This document shows positions 36,704-48,667 of a stretch of 64,000 nucleotides of DNA, in pieces. This DNA comes from Adineta vaga (lineage: Eukaryota > Animalia > Rotifera), in the NCBI GenBank assembly GCA_021613535.1, contig CP075492.1, forward strand, positions 15,562,001 through 15,626,000, written 5' to 3'. Position 1 is the stretch's first letter. Each line of letters starts with the position of its first letter. The position numbers and the translations under genes are program-made. The notes below the pieces were generated by a model. It saw nothing but the letters and a program-made list of their open reading frames with translations, was not told the origin of the DNA and ran no database searches.

Positions 36704-37138
36704 ATGGTGAAAATAGATCAACTTTTAGCTTTACAAATTGTAGTTACTTTGAGTGCAATTGTTCCAATATTTGTTGGATTAAAAGGTATATATCTTGGTC
36801 CAAGTGGTATAACTCTTAAACCAAATCAATTATTTAAATCAGAAAAATACATTATTGAAGTCGATAGTCATTTTCGTTATATATCTGGATATCTTTTGGC
36901 AATGGGAATATTTTTATTACGAAGTGTTCCAAACATGCATCGAGATGCAACTGAATTACATCGTGCTTGTATCATTGTATTTATTGGTGGATTAGGACGT
37001 TTATGGGGTTTATTTGTCACAGGTTTAGAAATTGGTGCTGTTCTAGCAACGATTGTAGAATTATTTTTCTTCCCAATTATTTGTTATTGGCAAAAACAAA
37101 TTCAAAATCAGAATTATTTACGATCACATGTTAAATGA
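36704..37138 (+). CDS. DUF4345-like small membrane protein (bacterial-type)
   Basis: Four hydrophobic segments; DSHFRYISGYLLAMG and VFIGGLGRLWG match the recalled DUF4345 pattern. Intronless. Confidence 0.7.
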   Translation: MVKIDQLLALQIVVTLSAIVPIFVGLKGIYLGPSGITLKPNQLFKSEKYIIEVDSHFRYISGYLLAMGIFLLRSVPNMHRDATELHRACIIVFIGGLGRLWGLFVTGLEIGAVLATIVELFFFPIICYWQKQIQNQNYLRSHVK

Positions 37139-37639
37139 ACTATTCTATTCACTTCTTTTTTGACGATATCGTTTGAATTAACATATAAATAAAGTATGAA
37201 TCGAAAAATCCCATAATTTGTGATAGTATTTTCAAGAAATACTATTATATAAATATATATATATATATGTTCCTATGTCTGACATTTGATTATTATTATC
37301 TTTGATAAAATTCATAATAACTATCTTAGAATTGAGTAATCTTTGTTTTTGAAGACATAATTCTACAACGTGTTTAACATTTTTTCTTTGTAGAATATAC
37401 GTTGTCATGGTTAACAAGAGGAAGAAAAATTTTCCTACTAAAAGATCACGTTGGAGTATCGACGCATCTTTTTTTCTTCTTCTTTTTCTTTGCCGATACT
37501 TAACGTAAGGATTATTATTTTATATTCTTGCGACTAACCTAACATGTAACCTGAGTGACGTACATTTTCTTCAACTGACTTTTGTCGATTTTTCAACGAA
37601 AAATAGTCGAATAATCAGAAGAATTTCAATGATCTAAAA

Positions 37640-38572
37640 ATGTTAATTAATTTTCGAATAATTCGTCTGTGTATTTTAATATTAATCATTATTTTACTAA
37701 TCAAATTTTTATTTAAACGTTCTTCTTCGGAAAAATATTTAATTGAAAAAGATCTACTAACATACGGAAATGTTAGTTGGCCTAAACAACGTATTCCTCG
37801 TCTAATTCATCAAACATATAAAACATATGATATACCTCCCGTATGGAATCGATCAGTTCAATCAATCATTGAAACAAATTTTCAAGATTTTCAATATTAT
37901 CGATGGACTCATGAAGAAATGCGATTATTTGTGCAAAAATATGAACCAAAATTTTATCGAAAAGTTTATATTAATTATAAATATGAAATGCAAAGAATTG
38001 ATTCATTTCGTTATGTATTAATGTATCATTTAGGTGGAATTTATATTGATATGGATAATGGTTCAAATTATCCATTGAAATCTGTTTTAAGAACCATGGA
38101 AGCATTAGATCCATATTCACCTTATCTTGCACTTTTTCCATCTGAAGATACATTTGGTCTTCAAACAGACTTTCTAATCAGTACATCAAATCATCCTTTA
38201 TTTAAACAAATGATTTCAAATTTAGATTCATTTAATCATAATTATCTGGTTCATCATTTAACTATTTTACTTAGTGCTGGTCCACTTTATGCAACTTTTC
38301 AAGAAAGAATTTTTAAACAAACCAATCAACATGTTGTTAGAATATTACATAATCAAATTTATAAATCAATTTTTTGGAAAACAAATGGAGGAACTTGGTT
38401 TGAAAGAGATACTCTTATCATTCTTTATATTCATAAAAATCGATATACAATTCTTAGATATTTTATTGTTATTTTGATTTTTATTATTATTTTATTCATA
38501 AAACATCGATTCGTTTCAATGAAATCAAATTTTATTCGATTCATTCATATTAAATTTCATCGAAATAAATAA
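37640..38572 (+). CDS. GT32 DXD glycosyltransferase (SUR1/CSH1/OCH1-like mannosyltransferase)
   Basis: IPRLIHQTYK, RIDSFRYVLMYHLGGIYIDMD, HPLF, SAGP; N- and C-terminal TM. Intronless. Confidence 0.88.
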   Translation: MLINFRIIRLCILILIIILLIKFLFKRSSSEKYLIEKDLLTYGNVSWPKQRIPRLIHQTYKTYDIPPVWNRSVQSIIETNFQDFQYYRWTHEEMRLFVQKYEPKFYRKVYINYKYEMQRIDSFRYVLMYHLGGIYIDMDNGSNYPLKSVLRTMEALDPYSPYLALFPSEDTFGLQTDFLISTSNHPLFKQMISNLDSFNHNYLVHHLTILLSAGPLYATFQERIFKQTNQHVVRILHNQIYKSIFWKTNGGTWFERDTLIILYIHKNRYTILRYFIVILIFIIILFIKHRFVSMKSNFIRFIHIKFHRNK

Positions 38573-38688
38573 ATAATCAAATATTGATTTATTACATGTT
38601 ATAATATGTTGATTAAAAAGTTTTCTTGTGTGTGGATGGGAGCACTGTGTGTCTGTTACCAACATCCTCAAGTTAACTGTGAATAAAA

Positions 38689-39753
38689 TTATTCTTTGTC
38701 TATACTACTAGACTGAAGATGAATAATCCATCTTTCTTTGACAATATCATATGTACAGGATTGTATACTGAAAGAGAAGTATGCATTCAAAAGCATTTCT
38801 TCTTCGGGAAATTTTGAATAGGATGATACATCCACCGCATCGTATCGTGGTATAATATCAATTTTTAATATCATATTTCCGTCATAAATATCCGCTATTT
38901 CTTGATTACGACTTGTTGAAGTGAATGCAGGAAATACAAAGTCTTTGCCTCCTTCTAATTCTCGGTATCGATCAATCATATCTTCATCTAGCAATACTGA
39001 ACGGTAGACAGTCATTTTTTCTTCCGATCGATTTTCTGGAATTGCACTGAGAAGCAAAGCAAACGGACCTAACGTTTCAACTTTTGTGCTTAGAAACTTG
39101 GATTTTTCTTTATCACCATCGAGTCGCATGAATTCATTCAACTTACGATAAACAAAACTATCGCTTGTATACAAAGCAGCACATTTTGCTGTCACTTGTT
39201 CGAGAGTTCCATCTTTCATACTGAGTAATTCTTTTACTATCGTTTCACCCTTCTTATCGATTCCTTCACTGGTGAGACCTATAGCTGCTTTTTCGACCAG
39301 CGATCGACGAATGCATGGATCCTGTAATGACGAAGCATGGATATTAAAATGGTTAGAAACATCATAAAGGAAACAACCGATATCATCCTCACGCCATTGA
39401 GCAAATGATTTCATGGGTAGAAGAGGTGTTGGTAAGAACCGTTCATTTTCTGGCTGTGTTGCTTTTTTTGTTGACAATCCTGTCGCGCATGGTATCCGTT
39501 TGACCAAACGCTCTCTTTTATCGTTCCAATTGGAGATATGCATGAAATGCACGAAGTCAATACGATAATCGTTGAAAATGGCTGCTTGTTTCTTGTTTCG
39601 AAAACTTGTTTCGATATTTGCTGTTTCAACATCAGAATACGAATGCCAGTTATCATCTTCTATTTCATTTTGTTTTGGAAAGTACCATAGATCATTCTTA
39701 TTGATTTTCCACATCCACATAACAGGAGAAGTGGTAAAACTTTGTGCCGCCAT
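38689..39753 (-). CDS. WWE domain + ADP-ribosyltransferase (R-S-E type) protein
   Basis: WWE-like WMWK...WHSYSDVETANIE...YRIDFVHFMHIS...RLVKR. ART motifs LYTSDSFVYRKLNEFMR, VYRSV, FTSTSRN, PEEEMLL. Confidence 0.85.
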   Translation of the reverse strand: MAAQSFTTSPVMWMWKINKNDLWYFPKQNEIEDDNWHSYSDVETANIETSFRNKKQAAIFNDYRIDFVHFMHISNWNDKRERLVKRIPCATGLSTKKATQPENERFLPTPLLPMKSFAQWREDDIGCFLYDVSNHFNIHASSLQDPCIRRSLVEKAAIGLTSEGIDKKGETIVKELLSMKDGTLEQVTAKCAALYTSDSFVYRKLNEFMRLDGDKEKSKFLSTKVETLGPFALLLSAIPENRSEEKMTVYRSVLLDEDMIDRYRELEGGKDFVFPAFTSTSRNQEIADIYDGNMILKIDIIPRYDAVDVSSYSKFPEEEMLLNAYFSFSIQSCTYDIVKERWIIHLQSSSIDKE

Positions 39754-41305
39754 ATTTTCAATAGTATGCGTATACGACGGTTGAAAGAAAAATAAACCAA
39801 CAGATAATATTTCTGTCTTTAAATGTATATTACAGTGGAGAAAACCAAGCGCCAGTATCGATAAGGATGGGAAGAGGGAAAAGGTTGTTGCGTTATAAGT
39901 TATGACTCATCACTAACTGTCGAAAGAGAAGGCGAATTTATTCAGAGAGCATTACTGAAAATACTTTCAATATGTTTCAATATTCTCAAGAAATTCATTT
40001 CTAATATGGCAGAGTTCTCAGTGTTTTATATGCTTGAGTATTGTATCATCTTTTCTCATGGTGTAAGAAAAGTTTTCGTTAAAAATTCTGTATCAAAATT
40101 CCTCACACATGGCTCGAGTCATTGTAGCATATATATCTGCCTTTCGATATTGTATAAACCTATTTCTTGAATATTTATATTTTTCATTTTCTTTCTCTTT
40201 CTCTCACATATTATGCACGGAGCATATTTGATAACACTCATTCATGAATATAGTATTTTGATGAGAAGTAAAATCAACATTTAAAGATAAATTCTCATTT
40301 TTTCCTAAGCACATTTCTTCCCTCATCTTGATCATTGTGAAAGATTGAATAGAAACTTGATTGTCCACTCACGAGGTAGTGAAGATGCACTGGTAGTCTT
40401 TCGTTGACAATATTCGAACTAAGAAACAATGAAATATAATTATTATTATTTGTACTTTGTCAAAATAACAAAACCTAGATGAATTCTTGACTTTTCTCGT
40501 TTTGCTCGATTTTATGATTTATTAATAGATGATCTTATTGAAATTAGTTTTGCTTCTAAAAGAAAGAAAGAAAGAGAGATGTCGAAATCGTTTTTCTTGC
40601 TATTAACAGCTATAAAAGTTTTCTCTTTTTTATATTTTTGCAAGAGATGGATTAGAAATATTCTTCTGATTTGTTCATTTTATATATGTGAAAGAATAAG
40701 AGATTCTGTGTTGATCAGATCTATAAAAAAAAAGACGATGAACTTGACTATTTCATTAGTTGACGACAGAGTTGTTTTTATTTTTATTGCTTTTTTTAAG
40801 CTTTTGTTTGTGGTTTAGAAATTTTTTAAATTGAACAAAACCAGGGAAAAACCTTTTTTCTTCTTTCTTTTCTCTTTCTCTCTTAATAATGAAATGAGCC
40901 TTTTTCTAAATTTAGTTTGTGATACTCAGCAGCTGAAGGTAAAAGAGTTTTATTCATTGTAAAATAACATGCAGATCTATTTCCAAACGGGATACAATAA
41001 TACTTTTTTTGTCTCTTCTCGTTTATGTCGGAAAAAGACGAGCGTACACAACAAAGATAAAGATAATAACAAAAGTGATGCATCGACTAGTGGAACAAAA
41101 GAAAGTCATTTTCTTTTCAGTCAGTTCGAAAAAAGAGTGAAATTATTCTGTTATTTTTGCGCTTTGATCTTTTGAATCTTCTGGAAAGTAATTCTTTCTT
41201 ATTGGACGATTAACATTATTCTTATAATAACTATCGAATGGTGGAAATATCAGGAGAAACAGTGACTTTCTTCATATGTTATTTGTAGATTTAAACAGTT
41301 TGACT

Positions 41306-44300
41306 ATGAAAACAAAGATCTTTTCTTCACTCGTCGTCATTTACTTGTAAGTTAAAACAATCAACTTAATGATATTTTTCAATGATGAAAAGTAACAATC
41401 TTTTTTATTAAAGATATTTGATTACTAAAATCTTCGCACTTAATTTATGTCCAACAGCACAATGGTCAATAAGAGGATCAACAGTAGCTGGTGCATCAGG
41501 ATCTCAAGCAACACGTCTTTCTAGTCCAACAGATGTTATTGTTGACGAGACAAACTCAATTTATGCTCTAGACAGTGGAAATTATCGTATATTGAAATTT
41601 TCTCCTACAAATGCAATAAATGGTACTGTTATCATCAAAAGCTCAAGTGGAACTCAATTAAATCAATTTTCATCAAGTAATGTTCGCATATCATTTAGAT
41701 TTTTGCTGAAGTAATCGATTTCGTTTTCTTAGTGGATATGATAAGTATGGATCAAGATGGAAATTTCTATATATTAGATAGTGGTTTATCACGTATAACA
41801 AAATGGAATCTATCGATGAATACAACAGATCTTGTTATTAATGGAAGTTCATTCGTCAATTCTAATATGGGAAATGATGATTTTCTTGATGAACCAATGG
41901 GAATGTTTATTGAAATGAATACAATGTTTATATGGATTGCTGATACAAACAATCATCGTATTGTTAAATGGTTGAATTCGACAACAGTTCAAATTATTTG
42001 TGGTAGTTATGGATCAAAATCAGATCAATTCAAATATCCGCAAGATATATTTGTTGATGTGAATAATAACTATGCATTTTACGTCGTAGATACAGATAAT
42101 CATCGTATACAAATGTATTTAGCTAATCAAACAAATGGAACAACAGTTGCTGGAATAACAAATTATTATGGAACACAACTTAATCAATTATTTTATCCGA
42201 CAGCAATTTGTGTTGATCAAAGTCAATTTATGTATATTGTTGATAATGAGAATTCACGAATTCTTCAATGGAAAGTTGGTAATCCATATGGGAAACTTAT
42301 AGTAGGAACAGATACTTATGGTGGTTCAACATCGGATAAACTTTCACTTCCCTTGAGTTTGACATTTGATTCAAGTGGACGACTTTATGTTGTCGATAAT
42401 GATAATAATCGTATTCAAATGTACAATGTTACTTGTTGTAAGTTTTGTGATTTTCTTTCTTTCGGTGAATTGTTTGTTTTTGTTAAGTATCAACAAATGG
42501 GACGATAACAACAACATCATTACCATTAACGACAACGCAAAGTAAGAAAGCTTTTCAGTAGTCTCTTTTAAGCTAAAATGTGAAACTCACATTCACTTAT
42601 TTTTCCTGAGAAAATATATGTGAGTTTCACAAAATTCGATCCAATGAGTAGAATAGAAGCGAAGAGTTTTGTTTCTCTTTCAGCAGCTGGTTCCTTATCA
42701 CAATGCGATGGACCAGTTTGGTCAACAAATGCAGTAACAGTCGCTGGTTCATCCATAGGTGAAGAAGGTTCAGATTCTTCTCATTTGAGCTATCCATATG
42801 ATATGTGGTTGGATTCAAATGACACAATTTATGTATTGGATACTAGTAATTATCGTATACAATTATTCTATTCAAATCAAATATCAGGAACAACAGTTTT
42901 CAACGCAACTCAAGGAAATGGTGTCAATCAATTTTCTAACAGTAGATGTTGTTGCTGTTTTTCTTCTGATTAAACTATATGTTCTTTTCTTAGTGGTCGG
43001 ATTTAGTATTGATTCTAATGGAAATATTTATATTCTTGATGATACAAATAGTCGGGTAATAAAATTCCCTCCGGGATCATCGAATGGAACAATCGTTGCT
43101 GGAGGAAACGGCCGAGGTAGTGCATTAAACAAATTAAATTATCCATCTGGATTTTTTCTTGAACCAATTACATCGTACATTTGGATTGCCGATACAAGTA
43201 ATTGTCGTATTGTTAAATGGATGTCATTAACAAATATTTCATTGGTTGCTGGAGCATCATGTGGCGCAAAAGCAAACCAATTTCGGTATCCTTATGATGT
43301 CTTTGTCGATGTCGATGATTCTAATACAATGTACGTTGTGGATTCAGAAAATTTCCGAATTCAAAGATGGTTTCAAGGTGCTTTTAATGGAACAACTGTT
43401 GCAGGACAATCAGGTGTTGAAGGAAGTGGACTGAATCAACTATCATATCCATCAGGAATGATTTTAGATAAAAATAAAACAATGTATATTGCTGATGCAG
43501 GTAATAATCGAATCATACGATGGATTATTGGATTAAGTTATGGTTCGATTATTGCTGGAACAAATACATATGGAAGTTTGCCATATCAATTATATGGACC
43601 AGAACGACTTCGATTTGATTCCATGGGAAATCTCTGTGTTGTCGATTATGAAAATAATCGAATTCAAAAGTTTTCGTTAATTTGTTGTAAGTTTAGCGAA
43701 CTAATTTCGTCCTTGTTACGATGATTTTTTCAGCTCCAACGATGGTAAAAACAACATCGATAGTCGATATGTCTACTTCAAGTAAATTGAAACATTTCTC
43801 TAAATTCAATGTCATATCTTCGAGGTTTTTTAGATCCTACAACAACAACTTCTAATCCACTGATGACAAGCAATCCACCATCAACAAGTAACAGAGAAAT
43901 AAAAATGAATTTGAACGAAAAAAAATCAATAAATTTGTTTTGTGATTATAGCATTAATGGCATCTTCGACAAAAATGACAATACTATCAACAACACCGAG
44001 TACAGCATCCATTACAACACCGAGTACAGCATCCATGGCCTCATCAACAACACCGAGTACAGCATCCATGGCCTCATCAACAACACCGAGTACAGCATCC
44101 ATGGCCTCATCAACAACACCGAGTACAGCATCCATGGCCTCATCAACAACACCGAGTACAGCACCCATGGCCTCATCAACAACACCGAGTACAGCACCCA
44201 TGGCCTCATCAACAACACCGAGTACAACACCCATGGCCTCATCAACAACACCGAGTACAGCACCCATGGCCTCATCAACAACACCGAGTACAGCACCCAT

Positions 44301-44700
44301 GGCCTCATCAACAACACCGAGTACAACACCCATGGCCTCATCAACAACACCGAGTACAGCACCCATGGCCTCATCAACAACACCGAGTACAGCACCCATG
44401 GCCTCATCAACAACACCGAGTACAACACCCATGACATCATCAAAATTAACATCAATATCAACACTTCTTCAAACGTCAATGAACACATCCATGGCTTTAT
44501 CAACGACGCTAATTACAGCACTTATGACATCATCAAACACAACATTCATGGCATCGTCTACGTCAATGCAAAATTCAACAATATCTGGAAATCTATCAAC
44601 ACCATATCAATCATCATCATCACTATCATTATTCGATTATTTTAATTTTAAAATATTTACAATAATTATCAATATTCTGATATATCTTTCAAATAGTTGA
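41306..44700 (+). CDS. Secreted/anchored protein: signal peptide, two NHL beta-propellers, Ser/Thr mucin-like stalk, hydrophobic C-terminus (multi-exon)
   Basis: MKTKIFSSLVVIYL|ILITKIFA signal. NHL motifs WIADTNNHRIVKW, YVVDTDNHRIQ, YIADAGNNRIIRW in two blocks. STTPSTA(S/P)MAS repeats. Terminal FKIFTIIINILIYLSNS. Confidence 0.85.
43987..44434 (+). repeat. 33-bp coding minisatellite (~13 copies) with a 99-bp higher-order unit
   Basis: Unit tcaacaacaccgagtacagca(t/c)ccatggcctca; variants ordered AS then (AP,AP,TP)x3. Confidence 0.95.
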
Positions 44701-45516
44701 ATTGTTCTATTTTGACAATATTCGCTTTCTAATGCTTTCATTGTTTAAATATATATTTCATTTGCTTCTTGTTGAAGTCAAATAAATCATCGCTTTTTCT
44801 CGGTTAAATTGATTATTGGTGAAATTGTTAAGCAAATATCAATAGGAACAGAGCAAAATTTGATGCATAATTTGTTTGTAAGATGAACTGAAGAATATTT
44901 CAATAAAAGTCAACTAATGAACACTTTCACTCGTATTTAGTTCCTTATTCTTTTATACATTATTTTCCATATCAACGAATAACAATTTATCTCGAAAGAA
45001 AAAAGTAATTTTCTATAATTGTTTGAAGTTGATTTACACTTTTTTTTGAGCAATTTTCAAGAATGTCAAATTCTGACTCTAAAGTTAGTTAAAACATTTT
45101 TTTTGTTTGATGGAGAAGTTAATTTGAAGTGAGTAAATAAGGCTTTAGACAATAGGGAAATTTATAGAATCGTTCAATATGAACTATCAATCTGATAACG
45201 AAAAAATGGACGAAGATATCGTTATATAGATTGCATAATTTATTTACTTTTTTTGTTTGATGGAGAAGTTAATTTGAACTGCATAAATAAGATGAATTTT
45301 TCTTTGTTTTGTAAGAATTATTGTATGAAAGAGATTTATTGAATAAAGTATCCATCCATCACTCAAAATCAAAGTGCTTCAACACCTTTATATCTATGGA
45401 AACGAAAGGTTATTACAAATGATAAGTAAGAATGTGAGAAATGAATGAAGTATATTCCATTCATTAAATCGAATATGTGTTAAGTTTTATTTTCATTATC
45501 ACTTCTATGCAAGTGC

Positions 45517-46743
45517 TTGGAATTTAGTGAGTATATAATCAAAGATTTTATTTTATTCTCTTATTCATTTAGTATGACTTCTTCTCAGCATTCTCAAATG
45601 ATGAAATTATCTAACAAAATAGCTCGGTTATTTCTGATTCTTTATTTGACCAATATCGTGATTCCGATCAAACTTCCCTCTATTGCTAATGTGATTTTAA
45701 AACCAACTTATCCTTCAAATAGTACTTTCTTTAGTAATATGACATGTCATCAATGTCTTTGTATTTCATTCTTATCTTATTCTCTTGCTTCGAATTGTTT
45801 TCCGAATAATTCTTGTCAATTATTCTTTTCATTTCCTTTGACATATCAAATTGAACAGAAACAAGGCGCTCGTCTTTATTTTCCACAAAAACGTTTTCCT
45901 AATCGTTCTCAATGTTGTATGCCGAATATTAATTCGTTACTATACAAATTAAACATGTCTACAATCGTATCCGTTAATATTTCTCATCCGCGTGATATTG
46001 TTACTGATTCATATGATCACATAGCATCAATCGAAGAGTTTACCAATGATCTTGTTCGTTTTGATCCAACAAATTTGACAATCATCGATCGTTCATCAAT
46101 TTTAATTCCACCGCAAATGACTATGACTTTCTTCAACAATGCTTATTATATTGCATCATATAGTGGATTTATTATAGTGATTGATAGTCAGAATTTAACA
46201 ATGATATCAAATTTCTCGTCGTCTGTATATGGATTACGTGGAATAATATTTGTTAATCAAGGTCAAATGATGATTTTAACTTCTTTTGAAAATAATTGTC
46301 TTGTCTTTCTCAATCGAACGAGTCTTTTTCCAATTCAATATCAATATTCTTTTCGTCAGACAACTTCTTTTCCTGGTCCACATGGGATATGGCGTATGAA
46401 TGATTCATTCTTTTACGTTACATCATATACAAATAATGCACTTTATTCTTATCGAACCAATGATTGCGGTCGATCATGGAATGAAACATTCGTTCTTCAA
46501 ATGGCATATATGAACAGTGGAAGTGCGAATTCACGTTTAACAATTGATGAATGTAATCGATTTTGGTTTGCATTTGAAACAGATACAATCTTAATTTATG
46601 ATCAAAATGGAACAATGTTGGGTAATTGGATATTACCAAATTCACTAGTATTTGATGTTAAAATCATGAATAATTATTTAATGTATGTTAGTGAATCGAA
46701 TAGGAATCGAATAAGACGTTTTCAGCCAGCAATTCAATGTTAA
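45517..46743 (+). CDS. Secreted or type II protein with a Cys-rich N-domain and a beta-propeller-like C-terminus
   Basis: Hydrophobic N-terminus; TCHQCLC...C....C motif; PRDI, GLRGI, GPHGIW, LTIDECNRFW, YVSESNRNRIRRF propeller-like blades. The true ATG is probably downstream of 45517. Confidence 0.65.
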   Translation: MEFSEYIIKDFILFSYSFSMTSSQHSQMMKLSNKIARLFLILYLTNIVIPIKLPSIANVILKPTYPSNSTFFSNMTCHQCLCISFLSYSLASNCFPNNSCQLFFSFPLTYQIEQKQGARLYFPQKRFPNRSQCCMPNINSLLYKLNMSTIVSVNISHPRDIVTDSYDHIASIEEFTNDLVRFDPTNLTIIDRSSILIPPQMTMTFFNNAYYIASYSGFIIVIDSQNLTMISNFSSSVYGLRGIIFVNQGQMMILTSFENNCLVFLNRTSLFPIQYQYSFRQTTSFPGPHGIWRMNDSFFYVTSYTNNALYSYRTNDCGRSWNETFVLQMAYMNSGSANSRLTIDECNRFWFAFETDTILIYDQNGTMLGNWILPNSLVFDVKIMNNYLMYVSESNRNRIRRFQPAIQC

Positions 46744-46959
46744 TTCTTGTTTTTCGTTTATTTATTCGTTTAAAGTAAATTCTTATGACGCTATTTAAAC
46801 TTTTCAATTCATGTGATATTATTTAGGCATTGGTCGTGCTATAATCATTATTCCATTTGTAGGCATCACATCATTTGGTTTGAAAAAAAGGCAACACAAA
46901 CGACATTTGACTTGCTAACGAAATCTACTTGAAACAATAAGAAATATATAAAAAGTACC

Positions 46960-47680
46960 TTAAAAACACAATGAATGTATTAATTTGAAGAAGAAAAAGT
47001 ACTTTGAACTCATTCCAGCATCGAAAGCACTGAGAAAACCAGTTACATTTGCTACCAAATGCTCAATACTCCTTTGTTCCAGAGTTTTAATTATGGACGC
47101 TGACATATATATCGCTATCCAAGTATGCCAAATGTACTGATCATAACGACTGGAAATATAGTGTAGAAAAATCAAAAATTAAGATAAATATTATAGTTTT
47201 GCCAAAATGAATCAAAGATGGTACAGACAGTCGAATTAAATAAATAGAATATAATCAAAAATTCACTTCATTCGATTGTTTTTCACTTTATAGAATAAAG
47301 AAAAGAGAAGTATATATTCTTCAATACACTGCTATTCCTTATATTCAGACCTACAATATAGATAAGAATACAATCTTAACTCACCGTTAATCAACAAAGA
47401 TTCAGATACGGTATACATTCAAGTATCCAGAATATAATCACACCAATACTAAAACGATGAGCATATTTGATATGACTTAGTCGTCGTAAATGTAACACCA
47501 CAAAATTGACGTAGTACTAAAATCTGTATCAAAGCCTGTTGCAAGATTTCGCATCAATAGTGTATTCACCAATTGAATGAAATGTGCATTGCTTTCGTAC
47601 GATACCAACATAGCGTGCATACATTTGAGTGATATATATCCATGATACCATCGTATGTATTTGACTTTTCTCAATGCCAT
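46960..47680 (-). pseudogene. Possible degraded rhodopsin-like GPCR fragments
   Basis: Fragments such as YIRWYHGYISL, SIGVIIFWILECIPY and IAIYMSAS...EHLVANVTGFLSAFDAGMS, in mixed frames with stops. Confidence 0.3.
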
Positions 47681-48214
47681 TAGATGAAGAAAATGTCATC
47701 AAACAAAAAGAACATTAAAGAGTAAATCTTATTTGAATATTTTTATAGAAATATCTAAGCTATTAAGTTGACCGACGATGACAGTTCATTAACTTAAAAG
47801 GAAAATATTAGAGCGCAATTTTTTTCCGTCAATCAGAGCCGATGATTATGAATGTACTCCATTTCATAGTTTGAAACAATTGTTACAATGTGCAAAGACT
47901 TTGGCAATGAATTAGAAATGTCAGATTAATCAAAAGATAGATGAAAGAAAAGAACACTTTGTATAGAAATTTGCAGAACAAAATTATAGAATAAAAATAC
48001 AGAAATCATTTTTCGAAAAAATAAATATCCAAGATACGTTACAAATCATGAGGTTTCTGTTTCGCTCTCAAAAAAGATTGTTGAAATAATGTATTTTCTA
48101 TGTAGCGATAACTTTATATTTATTATTCATTTATAATTAAGTATATTAATAATGAATATACTCTTATTTCAAGAAAGAACAAAGACGAAATTTAGATTTG
48201 AAGAACATGGAAAT

Positions 48215-48667
48215 TCAAACAACCATATTGGTACCGGGTATAACTGAGCCTGCTTTCATGTAACAAGTTCCCATTTTTTTGTAAACCATTCGATTGCCGT
48301 TCACATTCAAATGATATGTTCCTGAGCCCATTTCTTCACTCATCTTAATCATTGTGACAGATTGAACAGGAACTTGATTGTCTACTGCTGCATATCGAAT
48401 AACTCCATGATTCGAAGGTTTACCTGCTGGTATGATTGAATTGGGTATTTCATGAGGTAGTGGAGGTGCACTAGCATGTCGCATAAAAACAGACCCTATA
48501 CGGTTATATCGAATGGGAGTACTGATGCCAGGTATTGTCACTTGATATATACCTTGACCACGACCACCTGCTTGCGAGACGATATTTACTTGACTTTCAT
48601 CAACTTCGTAGTCGAAAGCTACCAAACGTGTTAACGATGATGTGCCACCAGGAAAACAATTGCCCAT
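48215..48667 (-). CDS. Small protein with an MGNC lipid-anchor motif and two copies of a ~50-aa domain
   Basis: MGNCF start. LTRLVAFDYEVDESQVNIVSQAGGRGQGIYQV...RYNRIGSVFM aligns with VIRYAAVDNQVPVQSVTMIKMSEEMGSGTYHL...VYKKMGTCYM across a Pro-rich linker. Confidence 0.7.
   Translation of the reverse strand: MGNCFPGGTSSLTRLVAFDYEVDESQVNIVSQAGGRGQGIYQVTIPGISTPIRYNRIGSVFMRHASAPPLPHEIPNSIIPAGKPSNHGVIRYAAVDNQVPVQSVTMIKMSEEMGSGTYHLNVNGNRMVYKKMGTCYMKAGSVIPGTNMVV

Noticed and set aside
43809-44645. ORFs with INNTEYSTHGL, VVDEAMGAVLG or LMRPWVLYSVL repeats
   Set aside because: Alternative frames of the 33-bp minisatellite. The Ser/Thr frame fits the upstream NHL gene and its splice acceptor.
45097-45278. 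30-bp direct repeat (ttttttgtttgatggagaagttaatttgaa), and a 20-bp one near 52296/52400
   Set aside because: Short local duplications with no element structure between them.
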